Source: the human T2T-CHM13v2.0 reference genome, Homo sapiens. Taken from it: a stretch of 64,000 nucleotides of DNA. Every line of letters begins with the position of its first letter. Position 1 is the stretch's first letter. Below the pieces are notes generated by a model, which was given only the letters and a program-made list of their open reading frames with translations, had not been told where the DNA came from and did not search any database. Where the stretch lies: NCBI RefSeq assembly GCF_009914755.1, contig NC_060931.1; one strand, written 5' to 3'. Position numbers and translations under genes: made by a program. Below, piece after piece: positions 1 through 12,965 of this stretch.

Positions 1-1974
1 GGTGCCATGGTGGTGTGTGTAATAATAGATAGCAAAACGAAGATGGAGCTCACTCCGGAAATTATGAGGGGAATTCAGCAAAATAAATAAAGGCTATGAA
101 GGCAATGACCATAACCTATTAAATGCTGGTCACCTCCTGTTTTCTCCTCCTATCACTCCCCTGAGGTTCTTAACAAAGTACTTCCGACAACAGGTAATAT
201 TACATTCAGCCGTGTAACCAACTGCAGAATTTCTGATTAGCAGGGATCACAGTATGTTTTCATTTGCAAGAACCAATCCTTTAATCCTCAACACAGAAAA
301 TGAGGCACACACTATGACAGACCCAGATCAGAGTGACAACTTTTCTTGCTTATAAATAAATAGCAGGGAAATCTAGCTTGATTTCAAGAGATCGTGCTTT
401 GAGGCTCAGTATTGCAGCTGGACCATGAAGGTGCTGAGAAGAACGAACTCTCAATTCTTTCCCCTGAGTGTTTCCCGGGTGAAATGTGTGGATTCCTGGG
501 TTGCTCAAAGAGTGTATGAATGAAAGAGAAAGTATTGCCCATTGTTTGCTCCATCAGAACCATGGACTTGCCTCTCCCAGGACTGGGATTAATCACTGTG
601 CCCCTTTATAAGAAGCATGCTTCAGGAAATGAGCAGAGCATGAAATGGAGTAGCTGGAAAATGGTCTAACCTCAAGGTACCAACAGATCAAATAAATATT
701 CTCTGTCCCCAAACAAAAGGAACAATATTTTCCCTCATTCTTCCTCGGCCATTACCAGTCAGAAATCATGGGACTGGGGTTGGATTGCTTCGTGATCTGT
801 CGAAAGAAACTAAAAATAAAATCATTCCACATTATGGGAACACTTGAGTTGCATTTTCATACAACTTTCCCAAATTGCAAGACTTCTGCCATGTAAGAAA
901 CACTTACTAATTTACCAAGGCCTCAGAGGCCTGGAATGCATAATGGCCCATTCAAACCAGAAGTCAACATTTAGATTGGTGGTTCAAGTAAGTGCCAACT
1001 CAGACTAGAAGGCATAATATCTTCCATCATAAAGGCCATAAAAAGTCATATACATTGCTCATAAATATGAGATGGACCAAGATTGACTCTGAGGTCTAAA
1101 AGCTATGATCTCTTGCAATTTGTTTTTCACTTTTAGTAAATAAAAATACAATGTATACTAGGTGAACAGAGTATACAGCCTCTAAAATGCCATCTTTATT
1201 TTTTTCAACATTGTCTTGGCATACTTTTATAGTTCGGTTTGAACATCATCCAGTGTACAGAAACTGAAATGGATTAAGGTCTGACAAATAGGAAGCTAGA
1301 GGGGGAATAAAAGAATCGCCCTGAACAAGAAAAATAATCAAAGACACAGAGGGTGGGAAAAGGATCTGTTTTCTATCTCCAGTGGAATCAGATAAAGAGA
1401 AAAGAGTTTAACTGGCAAAAGAAAAGTTTAATTTAGACATCTTGAAGATCCTCCTGTTCCGTCAGCTGCCGAGAATATCCAACTTTTAATAGGAGCTAAA
1501 TGCTTTAGCTGCAACACAGGTATGAATTCCACCATCACAAATTCGTGTCAGCAGAAAATGTGATTTTCTTTATAGCCGTAATTGTCAGATCTCTGATCCG
1601 AGCTCCCAACCTACTTCAGGCAAGCAACTTAATAGTGTCATTTCTGATTATTTTTCATTCTAATGCAGTGATTTGTTGGTCAGTTCATACCTAGAGGGTC
1701 AGAAATCCTGTGGTTCAGTCTTCCTTTCAGGGTTTCTCTCTGTCTCCTGCCATGCAAAAGCCTACAGGGACAAGAGCAGATGAAGTATCTCACATACTCT
1801 GCACCTTTCCTTTGGTCCAAACAACACCTCTGCTCCTTCCTCCAGGTCCTGGCTTGGTCTTCAGCCTCCTAGAATTTCTCCCTATCCACCTACAGTCCTC
1901 CCGTGAGCTCTCCACCCCACAGCCCATCTACAATGTCCCCTGATCCAGAAAACAGCTGAAACACTGCTGAACTT

Positions 1975-2440
1975 TGAACATTCACTAACTTTTCTGAGTT
2001 CATGCCTTTTTTATTTCCAGCCATTTCCTACATCTAATATTTATTCAAACTCCATCCATTCCTCAAAGCCCCAAATACTTTCCTCTGATCCCTTTAATCA
2101 GAAGGAACTATTCTGAATTCACAGTCTATCTCTCTCCCACAGCCTTTGTCACTTTCTGTGGGTGCAAACATCTATCAGGCATATGCCTGTGCAGGTAGAA
2201 TCCCTGTTGACTGCTGGCATCCATATCTTTAGTACTCTATTTGTCCCAGTTGCCTCTTGGCTTTATCCCACTGGTTGTTTTACATTTTTAATACCACCTC
2301 TGCCTTCTGCCCTCGGTTATAAGTTACATCCATGCCTATCTCTCCTACTGTAAACTCCTTGAAGAAAGGCAAGTGCTTCCATTTGGTAGCTTATTCAGTG
2401 CCCTGCACACAGTAGACAATCAAAAATGTTATTAAATGAA
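1975..2440 (+). mobile_element. L2 LINE 3' fragment(s), highly diverged
   Basis: Ends in the typical L2 3' tail: ctgtaaactccttgaagaaagg...cagtgccctgcacacagtagacaatcaaaaatgttattaaatgaa. Boundaries approximate. Confidence 0.5.
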
Positions 2441-3519
2441 GCTTCTGGTAAAACTAGGCAAAGGCCACAGCATTTCCAATGGTATGAGAATGAAATAGAC
2501 AGGTTGTATCTTCATCGTGGGCATAGAAATACAACTGACTTGCAAGCGTAACTCTGTTCTGTCTACTCCCTAATGCCCGCTCAAAGTCTCATAATTTTTA
2601 ATTTGAAAAGAGAACCAGTGGGGTATTGTGGTTTTAATTTGTGGGGAAAAAGGAAAATAAAATTATTCAAATTTCGCTTTTCTGCCACTGACAGTTAATA
2701 ACATCACTGTCATCATGCAGTGCATATTTAAAAGACAGTTGAGCGATTCTATCCATCTTTTCCCGAATTTAACAATCCATTTTAATTTCTGTTCCCTCTC
2801 AGGAGGATTCTAACTCAGCAGCCACTTTGTCACTTTTGTGCTCCTCTACTGCCCTGATATAAAAGCAGAAATAATACATACAGTATAAAAATAATGTAAT
2901 TCACAAGGACCAAATCTGAAGAACTTCATAAAATCTGTTGCACAGCCTGATTATACAAAGAACTGACCTTTGTTTCAGAACCATTCCATGAAAATAAAAC
3001 AAATGAAAAAATGAGCCACTCCAACCTTATTGTAGATACTGAAAAACCAAATTTTTATCCGTGTAGAAGACTGAGTTCATGAAAATAGAGAACAGCAAAA
3101 AGTTTTTGAGATGTGGAGGTTGGCTGGTGGGCTTTTCTCCCCTCCTAGCTAAGAGACTGGTGCTTACACACTAGCTTCTCAGGTCATGGATTCAGTATCC
3201 TGTCTTCACAAAGTAACAAATAAATATTTGAAGTACTCATGAGATCATTGGCACACTGCTGAAACCATGAATGTTAAACTCACAAATGCCAGATGACTGC
3301 TGTTCAGGCAGTTACCAATTTAACACTTAACTTTGGGGTTATCCATGTTTAAGTGGCTGTTCTGCTACTACCACCTGCATTCAAAGCTCCTAAGAGAGCT
3401 GCAACCCCCATGTCATGCTCAGTCTCCTGGATACTTAGGGCTCAGAGGAGTTTAGGGTTTGATAAGGTTCAGAAAGCTCAGTGTCTGGAAGAGACTGGAT
3501 TCTGGATTCAAGTTTGTAG

Positions 3520-3670
3520 CTATGATTCTCAGAATATGGGCCACAATCCTTGTGCATTGGAATCTCCTGGGTGCCTAACGAAATTGCAGATTCTTGTTAA
3601 CAACACCTGACCTACTGAACTAGACTCTCTAGTGGGTCAGCTCAGGAATCAGCATTTTTAACTCACTACT
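3520..3670 (+). mobile_element. MER5 (hAT-Charlie) non-autonomous DNA transposon
   Basis: MER5-like core: gaatctcctggg...aaattgcagattc...gacctactgaactagactctct...ggaatcagcatttttaac. Confidence 0.6.
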
Positions 3671-5399
3671 CAAAAATCATTTTAATTTTTTAAAAAATAC
3701 TGTATTAGAGATAACATGTAAATTTCAGATTACCTGAGATGCCTTACAATCCCAGAAAAATTAGCTTTCAGCATAAATAGTTCTACTGACAATTTCAGTC
3801 AAAAAACCAAGGCACTATTCCCAAGTAGTGCCTCAACCTGCATAAAAGCTCATGATATTTTAAATCTGCAGAAAAATATTGAATTGAGTTAGATACACTA
3901 AAATTAAATTTCCAATGATCTCAATACAATTCGCTGATGTTATTAAAGAATATTTGAATGACTCCTTTGTTTCCCAAAAGTCCCAAGCAAGAAGCCCACT
4001 CAGCTATTGTTAAACTAGAAGCCCCCAAACCAGGTGACAATTCAGTCATGATGAGGTCTGAGAAGGGGTTGGCTATCTCTGACTGACAGAACAATATTAT
4101 TCAAGTAACTTTTATACAATTCACACATCTGTAGTGACCATTCCAGACTTATTTTCAGAAGCCATGCATGACAATTGCAATATAAAAATATACTCCTATC
4201 CAAAACTAAATAGAAGAAAGAGGCTACTGTTTTATTTAGAGCTGAAGGGTTCTATTTTAGAGAAGAATTGAATTTTTTTGTTTTTCAAATGGCACATTAT
4301 AAACATCACTTAGAGCATTTCCTTATTCAGTTGTGTGCAACTAATAGTTTCTTCAAGTTAGTTAGGTGATTGCTAGCAATTAATTAGTAGGGTTAACATT
4401 GTTTTTATTGATCAGCCTGGCAGTAATGATTGACAACATTAATATAATTGCTTTACTTCTCAGAAAACCTTTGTGTAAGAACCTAATAGTACTGAGGAAA
4501 CAGTTGTGAGATAAAGAAAAATAGATTGTATGCTTTAGAGTGGGCCAATTGTGTTAACATGCTGCCAGGGCTTTGATAACTGAATTAATGGCCAAGGCTC
4601 CCTTTCCTTAGGTAGCTAAGAGCTTATTTTTCTGTTCTTCCCCTATACCTAGCCTGACCATGAATCTTCACAGACACCAGAAGAGCCAGAAGAGAAGTGG
4701 TTCTGTGATTTTAGGTACAACCCCTACCTCACTGTTTCAATTATACTCATGATCAGCACATAAGGAAATCGTTTATAACCAAATTTGAAAACCCAAAGTT
4801 CAGTGGATAAGTTTAACATCTTTTGTGAGAAATCAGAGACCAAAAGGAAAAGGAGGACAGCCTACTCTCCTTTCTACCTCTCTAAAGTTCCAAGGAAATT
4901 GCATCTGTTCTCCTCTATCTGTCAGATGTGGAACTAATACTGGTGATGTCCCAGAACAATTCTGGGTCTGCCTACAGTGTTATTCCCAAAGATATCCCAA
5001 AGAGCTCCTAGAAAATAAAGACAAAGCCTAAGGATCAGATACATCTTGAGACTGATAGAGAATTCCAGAAGTTTCTCTCCTTCAGTACTTTATTGTAGTG
5101 GACCTATGCCTGCAAAATGACTTGTCCTTTGTTGTACCTAACCTACTCCTTCTAAATGACTAAGTTAACTCTTTAATAATTACCAAAGCTGGCAAAGTTT
5201 TTTAAAATAGCTTTTCTTCTGGTTCAAATAACGAGGGAAAAAGCACAAGTTTTGTTTGAATATTTGCTCACGATGATCTGTAACTATTCTAATGTTCAAA
5301 TAAATATTTCAAGCTACTTATGACAAACATATAATTGCAGATCCCTTTCCAGTAAGGATAAGCATCACCACTTACTGAGTTCCAGATAGTTTTCAAGGT

Positions 5400-5560
5400 A
5401 GATTGAATATGTTATCATCAATTCTTACAACAACTTGGGAAATTGTAGCCCAGTTTAACGGATGAGGAAACTAATTGATAGGATACATTACTAGTACAAG
5501 ATCACGCTGGTAATAAGAGGCAAAACTCAGATCTCACTTGTTCCAAATCCTGTGTCCTTT
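5400..5560 (-). mobile_element. MIR SINE fragment
   Basis: Antisense MIR core: ttcttacaacaac...cccagtttaacggatgaggaaact...aagatcac. Confidence 0.5.
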
Positions 5561-5694
5561 GTGCTACAGCAGACTTCCTCTTTGCAGAACTCCCCAGATT
5601 CCATTTAATCTTCCTGCTCAAAGGTGTCATTACTTTTACTATGATAACTGTTATGGATTTGGGATTGCTGCTGGTGGTAGTGCTATCAAACAGA

Positions 5695-6050
5695 AAAGTA
5701 GTAAGGTGGTGAAGATCACAGATACCATGTCAGCCTCTCTGGGTCTGAATCTTGGCTCCACCCTTTGCTGTCTGAGTGTCCTTACGTATGTAACTCAACT
5801 TAGTGCCTTTATTTCCCCCTCTTTAAAATGGAAATAATAATAGCACCACCTCAAATGGCTGTTGCAAGAATTAAATGAATGAATTCACTGCTTCTCAAAC
5901 ATCAGTATGCATCCGAATGGCCTGGGAATCTGGTAAACCTGTGGATCCTGACTCCAAGAGCTAGAGTGGAGCCTGAGATTTTGCATGCAGGATACTTAGG
6001 ACAGTGGCTGACATGGAATGAGTTTTCAATAAATGTCATGTATGATCATT
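5695..6050 (+). mobile_element. MIR SINE interrupted by a MER5A fragment (~5886-5985, minus strand)
   Basis: MIR core ctgggtctgaatcttggctccacc...taaaatggaaataataatagcacc...aattaaatga. It is followed by cactgcttctcaaac...ggagcctgagattttgcat (MER5A), then the MIR 3' end resumes (tacttaggacagtggctgacatgg...caataaatg). Confidence 0.6.
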
Positions 6051-7162
6051 TAATGATCAGATAAGGGAAGGTCTGTTGGAGAAAATATTAATTTCACACA
6101 TTCAAATAAATTTTTGAGATAATGATGATTTAAGAGATCCTGTACTGTGCAAGCCAGCCCACCATGCCAGACCTTCTACTGGGTTTCACCTTTGCATGAC
6201 TGAGGAGTCAAGTACAGGTCACCTTTTTTGTTACTGGAAATGGTATAATTTTCAAAATGCAGTTGGAAGGAATGTGGCTCACAGTGATGTAGCCCCCTAA
6301 AGAGCAATTTTTTTATTGAACAAATATTTATGGAGTATGTGTCAGGTATCAAACCAGGCACTGGGAATACTTGGCCATGCCATCATTTTAAGCTTTTCCT
6401 CCATAGAAAATGTAGCATATATCCCCTAACACTAATTGGAAACTAACTAGTTGCAAAGTGGGTGTTACAGGGAATATCAGTCCTTCCCCTAAATCTGTGT
6501 TCCTTTTCACTTATCTATCATTTTCTATTTATTTCCCCACTTTCAATCTGTTTAAGTACAGCCCTCCTCTGGACAATTCCTGAGCATATTCACTGTCTTA
6601 TCCACCACACACATTTTACAGTATTGAGTTCATATATAATATACAGCTTTTAGCATTGTGTACTGGAAAAAATAATTAACAATTAACTATAATTTATTTA
6701 CATGTCCTACATTGTTTTCAAAATTTTCCTATACTGCCACAAAAGAAAATTTTTCTTGTTCATGTACCTTACATATTTGTGAGGAGGACTTGTAGACACA
6801 ATAACCTAAATTCAATCTTTAAAACAAAGGACTATTTTATAACCGTGTTTAATTCTATGATGTAAAGGCAGAGTTAGAATCTCAGCTGAAAGCAAAATCC
6901 CAGGACATTTGGCTAGACATATGCCTTTTTTATGAAACATATCTATATTAACATAATTTGCACACTTGTACATGTCTATCTTATATCAGCTTAATCCTTA
7001 TGGACATCATTCTCATATTCTCCCTTAGGAGGTAGTAGTAATGGTTTCACATGTTAGAAAACTCAACTTGCTAACAGCATTCCTAGGATTTTCCCTTTTG
7101 CTGTAAAGCTACAGATTTTTGGCATTTGTTCTGCTAAATGCTCAAAAGAATAAAACAGAAAG

Positions 7163-7343
7163 CAGTTGTTCTTAATTAAACCTATTTGAGTCACAGATCC
7201 CTTTGAGCATCTGATGAGTTTATGGATCCTTTCTCCAGAAAAATAACCACATGCACATACTTGGAGATTCCAGGTATAATTTCAGTAGTTTTATAGACTC
7301 CCCAAAGTACATCCATCCAATGACCTTAGGTTGAGAGTGCCTA
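7163..7343. mobile_element. hAT-Charlie-type MITE (subfamily uncertain)
   Basis: cagttgttcttaa...gtcacagatccctttgagcatctgatg...ttaggttgagag matches old hAT MITEs with CAGTGGTTCTTAACC-type termini. Confidence 0.5.
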
Positions 7344-7619
7344 TTGTAAGAGCTCTCCAGCCTGTCTATAAACATCAGCGTATATTACAGCAGAACCCTT
7401 TCCTCTGAGCCATTTACATTGAGAAGGTGGGAAGCAGTTAGGCACCCAGGTACTTTTGAATGAAGATGGAGTCTCATGTTACCTATCAAACACAAGCCCC
7501 AAAGCTGTAATTGACATAAGAACCTAACTTATATGATCTGACATCATGGTGCTGTGACCCATGGAACAGTTTTCAAGGAAAAAACTGGGCCGGGCCAGTT
7601 TTCAAGGAAAAAAAGAGTG

Positions 7620-7924
<305 letters not shown>

Positions 7925-8084
7925 ACATAAGAATGAATAGTCGATGCTTATCAGGCTTCTTCAAGGAAAGGCTCTGGGCACATGAGGATTTATTTATGCA
8001 TGCACATAGGCTTATGGAGGTGACTGCCACCTTGATGTCACTAGCACATTCCTCTTTAGAGATGGAGATGTAGGTACAGCTGTG

Positions 8085-8330
8085 ATGGTAGATGATAGAA
8101 AAACACCTGTTTGTTATTACAGAAAGGATTCTGACTCAGAGCCAGGAAAGTCAGTTGTCTAATCCCAATTGCCATTAAATATGTGATCTTAAGCAAGTCA
8201 TTTTATTTCCCTTGGCCTAAGTTTATTAATCTGTTAAAATTGTGCAATGGCATGTGACTTTCATACCTCAGAGTCTTCTCTGGGTATAAAATCAAATAAC
8301 TTGTGGAAGGTATTTTGGAAAAAAACGTAT
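8085..8330 (+). mobile_element. MIR SINE fragment
   Basis: tgtgatcttaagcaagtcattttatttcccttggcctaagtttattaatctgttaaaat is the MIR core. Confidence 0.55.
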
Positions 8331-10940
8331 CTATGAATTCTCACAAAAGCACCATACGTTATGAACATTTTCAAAACTACCATCAAAGATGTTGGAAGAC
8401 CCTTTTCAAGTCTTACCATTGACTCGTTTTGCTATTACTACTCTTATCATTACTATCCCAATAGTATAGAGGCAGGAAATTTTCTTTGTTTGCTTTGATG
8501 TTCCATTTTTTTTTAAACAACAGCAACTGAATGGAACTCCTCTTACATGTATGTGGAGCCGTAAAGTCATTGCAAGGAAGTCCCTGTGTTTTTAATCTCA
8601 ATAATTCACTTTCTCACTAAAGCCCTAAAAGGCTTTCCAAATAGGTTAAACTAATTTAGAGAGAGTCTGAATAAAATGTTGAATGTATAATTCATTCTGA
8701 TTAACAAATAATCTTTAACCATAAAGAAAATTTCCTCTTGGATGAGAACCTTTGATTACTAAGAGTTTCAAACTTCAAATGCAAGTTTATCACTCCTTTT
8801 AGGAAAAGAAATATAGCAGAAACTTTTGCTTTTACTTCAAAGTAAAACTACACTAATGGACAAATAAGTTTTACGTTGTTCATTCTCATGTATTTTTATT
8901 GGACCTTAATGGATGTAGAAAATTCTGATTGTGTTACCTTAATCTAATGAAAGACTCTTAAAAGGTAATGACTGTCACAGACCCTGTTTCTCCAATTGGG
9001 TCTTCTCTGATAATTCATCTAGTTGGAATACTCTGTAATTATATAGCATTTAGATTCTCTTCTCAATGTACTCATTGTTTTTATGTCAATTGCCAGAATT
9101 CTTCAGGGCAGAAGAAGCTGGGCCTTTATTTCCCTCTACTGCTTCCTTGGCAATTGTTTGAAGAGTACTATGAAGACTCTTTTTTAATTCCTCTCACTTG
9201 GAGGTAAGCCTTTATAAAGGCAGTCATAATGTGGAAAGCGGAGACTTGTGCTGAGAATGACATTGTTTCATAAAAATGTCAGTGATTATTAATTCATAGA
9301 AGATTTGTGAGGCGAGTGGAAAGACCTGATATGCCTCATTTCCTTGACCATATTCATTTTTACCCTGGAATACACATTTTGCTAATTACTGTTTAAAATT
9401 GCATTTGCCTTTTACCCAGTCACAATCATATTCATTTTAATCAGTTCAAGTTTGTGGGATGTAAAAATGTTTTCCTATTCATCAAGATGTTACTAGAATA
9501 ATACTGTACAGAGTCTTGGGCATTCCTGAGAAGGAAGAGTTCTGCATAACAGATTACAGGACACTATCCCAAGTACATGTACCTAAGGAGTACAAATATA
9601 TAGCCCAAGAAAAATACTTATTTCCAAGCCACTTATCACTAAGAATTCAGCAATTCCAAGGAGTAATTACATTAACCTACACTGCTGTCTAAATTTGCTC
9701 AAGTAAACCTCGAGGAACACAGAGTGCTGTTTTAATACAGTACTGCATTAACCCCAAAGACTTCAACTGAAGTTATGTTTCTTTCCAGTACCAGATTTTT
9801 ACAACTTACTTTCAAATGCTTGGAATGTTCTCTGAGACTCCCATGTGCATCCAAAGGTCAAGGAATTGACATTTCAATATCAGCAACATGACTTTGGAAG
9901 CTAGCAGAAAGATAAACACAGTGAGTCACTTGTTTAATCTTGACAAGTAATATGGCTCATGCAATCTGAGGCATCCCAAGTGAAAACAACAGATGTTAGT
10001 ATCTGCTTTGGGTAAGAGACCCTGGCAGGTCATAGCCAGTATAAAGAATGAGCATCTTAAACTCCCTAAAAGGGAGCTATCAGGCTAAAGGATCTAAATC
10101 CAGAAATTATAGCCACCCTCAGAATTCATATCACAAACTCTGAAAATGAACAAAATTAAATGCCAGTCTTTGGAGACATTTTGTGAACGACAGATATTTT
10201 TGTGCCATTAAGTGCTGCAATTGAGTTTTAAGTAGATTTGGACCAAGAATGGAGCTGAAGAATTTTTAATGAAGGCTTTAACAGTGTTTACGTTTATAAT
10301 AATGAAATTTTTTTTCCCAACCCTTCCTGAAATGTTCATTTAATACATACATCCACTCAAATACATCTTTCTAAAACAAGATTTCTGAAATAAATTCTGA
10401 TGAATTTTAAGCTTTCTTACAGCAAAGAGTTTGACCTGTTTATCTGGTTTGATGGCTTACCCAGAGTAGGTGCTCAATTCCTATTTGTTGAATAAATTAT
10501 GCTTTCAATGTCATTTTCTTTAAAAAAAAAAAAAAAAGAGCCCCCAACCCCATGCCTATCCTATTCATATCAAAACTCTCCTTCAGTCCTGTTTTCCACC
10601 ACTCTCCCGCACTGTTCTGGGACTTATTTCCCTATGGCATTCTTGCTACAAGGATTGCACTCCCTCTGTCCCTCTGTCTTCTCTGTCCTATTCACCATCA
10701 AGTTCCAATTCAAGTCCCACCTTGTCAATAAATTCTTTTTCTACTGCTTGGCCCACAAAGCTGTTTGTATGGTTGTTTCACCCTCAGAGTCCAGCAGTTC
10801 TCATGTAGCTCTTCTCTAGTTGTGAAACCTGTGTTCAGTTTGTGATACAATCAGAGGGCGGCTCCTTCAGAGAGAGTAAGGATCATGTCTCTGCTCCTAT
10901 TCCCTGCAGATTCCAGTCTAAAGAATGAATACAGGGGCTG

Positions 10941-11260
10941 GGCCAGGCATGGTGGCTCATGCCTGTAATCCCAGCACTTTGGAAAGCCGCAGCGGGTGGA
11001 TCACCTAAGGTCAAGAGTTTGAGACCAGCCTGGCCAACATGGCAAAACCTTGTCTCTAGTAAAAACTACAAAAATTAGCCAGGAGTGGTGGCATGTGCCT
11101 GTAGTCCCCAGCTACTTGGGAGGCTGAGACAGAAGGATTGCTTGAACCTTCTGTTCAAGCGATGGAGGTTGCAGTGAGCTGAGATCGCGCCACTGCACTC
11201 CAACCTGGGTGAGAGAGTGAGGCCCCATCTCAAAATAAATAAAAAAAATATATATATATA
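10941..11260 (+). mobile_element. Alu SINE, AluSx/Sz-like, with (TA)n-converted tail and an internal micro-rearrangement
   Basis: Full Alu body. Degenerate TSD aaagaatgaatacagg (10920-10935) / aaataatgaatatagg (11261-11276). Confidence 0.93.
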
Positions 11261-11473
11261 AAATAATGAATATAGGATATGATGGTCTCCTAAAGCCTCA
11301 GCTAAGAGATTCTCATGGAGTCAGAACAGCCCAGTTAACCTGAGGATTTAGTTCACTGCTGTTAATAAATATGGCTCAGTTTTAAGCTCAGATCATGAGA
11401 GCTATGCCAGACCCTTTCACAGTGGGCTAGGTATGTGATTTCCTTGTAGAATTATTGCAAAATTTCAATAATA

Positions 11474-11813
11474 CAGTTGGCCCTCCCTATCCATGGGTTC
11501 TATATCTGTGGATTTAACCAACGGCAGATCAAACATATTCAGAAAACAGAATGGATGGTTGCATCTGTACTGAGCATGTATAGACTTTTTAAACTTGTCA
11601 TTATTCCCTAAACAATACAATAGAACAACTGTTTAGTATTTACATTGTATTAGGTTTTATAAGTAAGCTACAGATGATTTAAAGTATATAGGAGAATGTG
11701 CGTAGTTACATGCAAATGTTACACTATTTCATATAAGCACTTGAGCATTTGTGGATTTTGTATGGAAGGGGTGGTCCTGGAATCAATTCCCTACAGATAC
11801 CAAGGAATGACTG
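11474..11813 (-). mobile_element. MER2 (TcMar-Tigger) non-autonomous DNA transposon
   Basis: TIR-like ends cagttggccctccctatcc / gataccaaggaatgactg, preceded by a TA target site. ~340 bp, with internal sequence matching MER2. Confidence 0.85.
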
Positions 11814-12281
11814 TTTATGACCCCACACCCACAAAATTCAGTTTTTTGAGTAATACAAGTTCTGCATTGATATCGGTCTCTCCCTTTCATCTTAAATCAG
11901 ATGTGTCAATCTTTGTATTGCGAGAGTGAGTTCAGACTGATGTGTAAATATATAATTTATAATTACTGGGAACTCTGTGCAATTCTTTTTAGAGAATGAG
12001 TTTTGCATTGTTGAGATCCCCACATTTTATTTCAAATTTTCCTCTGGACTACCTGTGACCACAATATCGTAGCATGAAGAAGAAAGAATTACCTTATTCC
12101 TACTTCTATTTTCCCACAGACTCACTAAACCAAAATTTACACAGAGTTTAAAAGTGAGCCAGTTTCCCTAAAACTCAGAAGTTTCTGATAACAACGTCTG
12201 TGAAAGACAGTCAACTAAGGAAAATAGATCACCATCCTCACAGCAGGGTAAGGGTTGATAATTTATAAACACTGGATCAAA

Positions 12282-12387
12282 AGTGAGCTGAGATCACACC
12301 ACTGCACTCCAGCCTGGGTGACAGAGCAAGACTCCATCTCTTAAAAAAAAAAACAAAAAACAAACAAACAACAACAACAAAAAAAAC
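12282..12387 (+). mobile_element. Alu 3' stub (last ~60 nt of right arm) plus A/(CAAA)/(CAA) tail
   Basis: agtgagctgagatcacaccactgcactccagcctgggtgacagagcaagactccatctc followed by an A-rich tail. Confidence 0.9.
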
Positions 12388-12594
12388 GCAAAGGAGAACC
12401 AGAAAGAAAGAGTGAGAGAGAAAAGGAAAGGGAATAAAAGTCAAGAATCATGTATGATCTGAAATAGAAACTAGCTCTAACGTGACACTTATATAGAAGT
12501 CTACATGAAAGCTTCACATCTCTTCAGCTAATACAGAATGGGATCCAGTCTTCACTACAAACCTGTTACAAAACTCAAACTTGCCCAAAATGTT

Positions 12595-12720
12595 TCAAAT
12601 ACTTATTCATTCAAGATATATTTTTTTGAGCTACTACTATGTGTCCGGCACTCTTTAAAATGTCCATATATCAGTGAACAAGACAAAGTCTCTATTCTCA
12701 GGATATTTGTGTTTTCATAA
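12595..12720 (-). mobile_element. L2 3' end fragment
   Basis: ttattcattcaagatatattttttgagctactactatgtgtccggcact is the antisense L2 terminus. Confidence 0.55.
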
Positions 12721-12754
12721 ATGGCCAGGATCTAATTTATCAGACAAAATAGTA

Positions 12755-12965
12755 GTATGCATTAATTGAACAACTACTGAGTTCCAGGCACTTTGTATGT
12801 CATATCTGATTTAATCTTCAAAATAACTCTAAGAGGTAGAAATAGTATTGTCCCTTTTTATAGTTGAAGACACTGAAGTTAAGAGAGAGCTAAATAACTT
12901 CCATAGGGTCACACATCGAACAAGAATTTGAGCTTGGATTTGCACCCACATTTCCCTGACTGCTA
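12755..12965 (-). mobile_element. MIR SINE
   Basis: atttaatcttcaaaataactct...ttttatagttgaagacactgaag...aaataacttccatagggtcacac...ggatttgcaccc. Confidence 0.65.
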
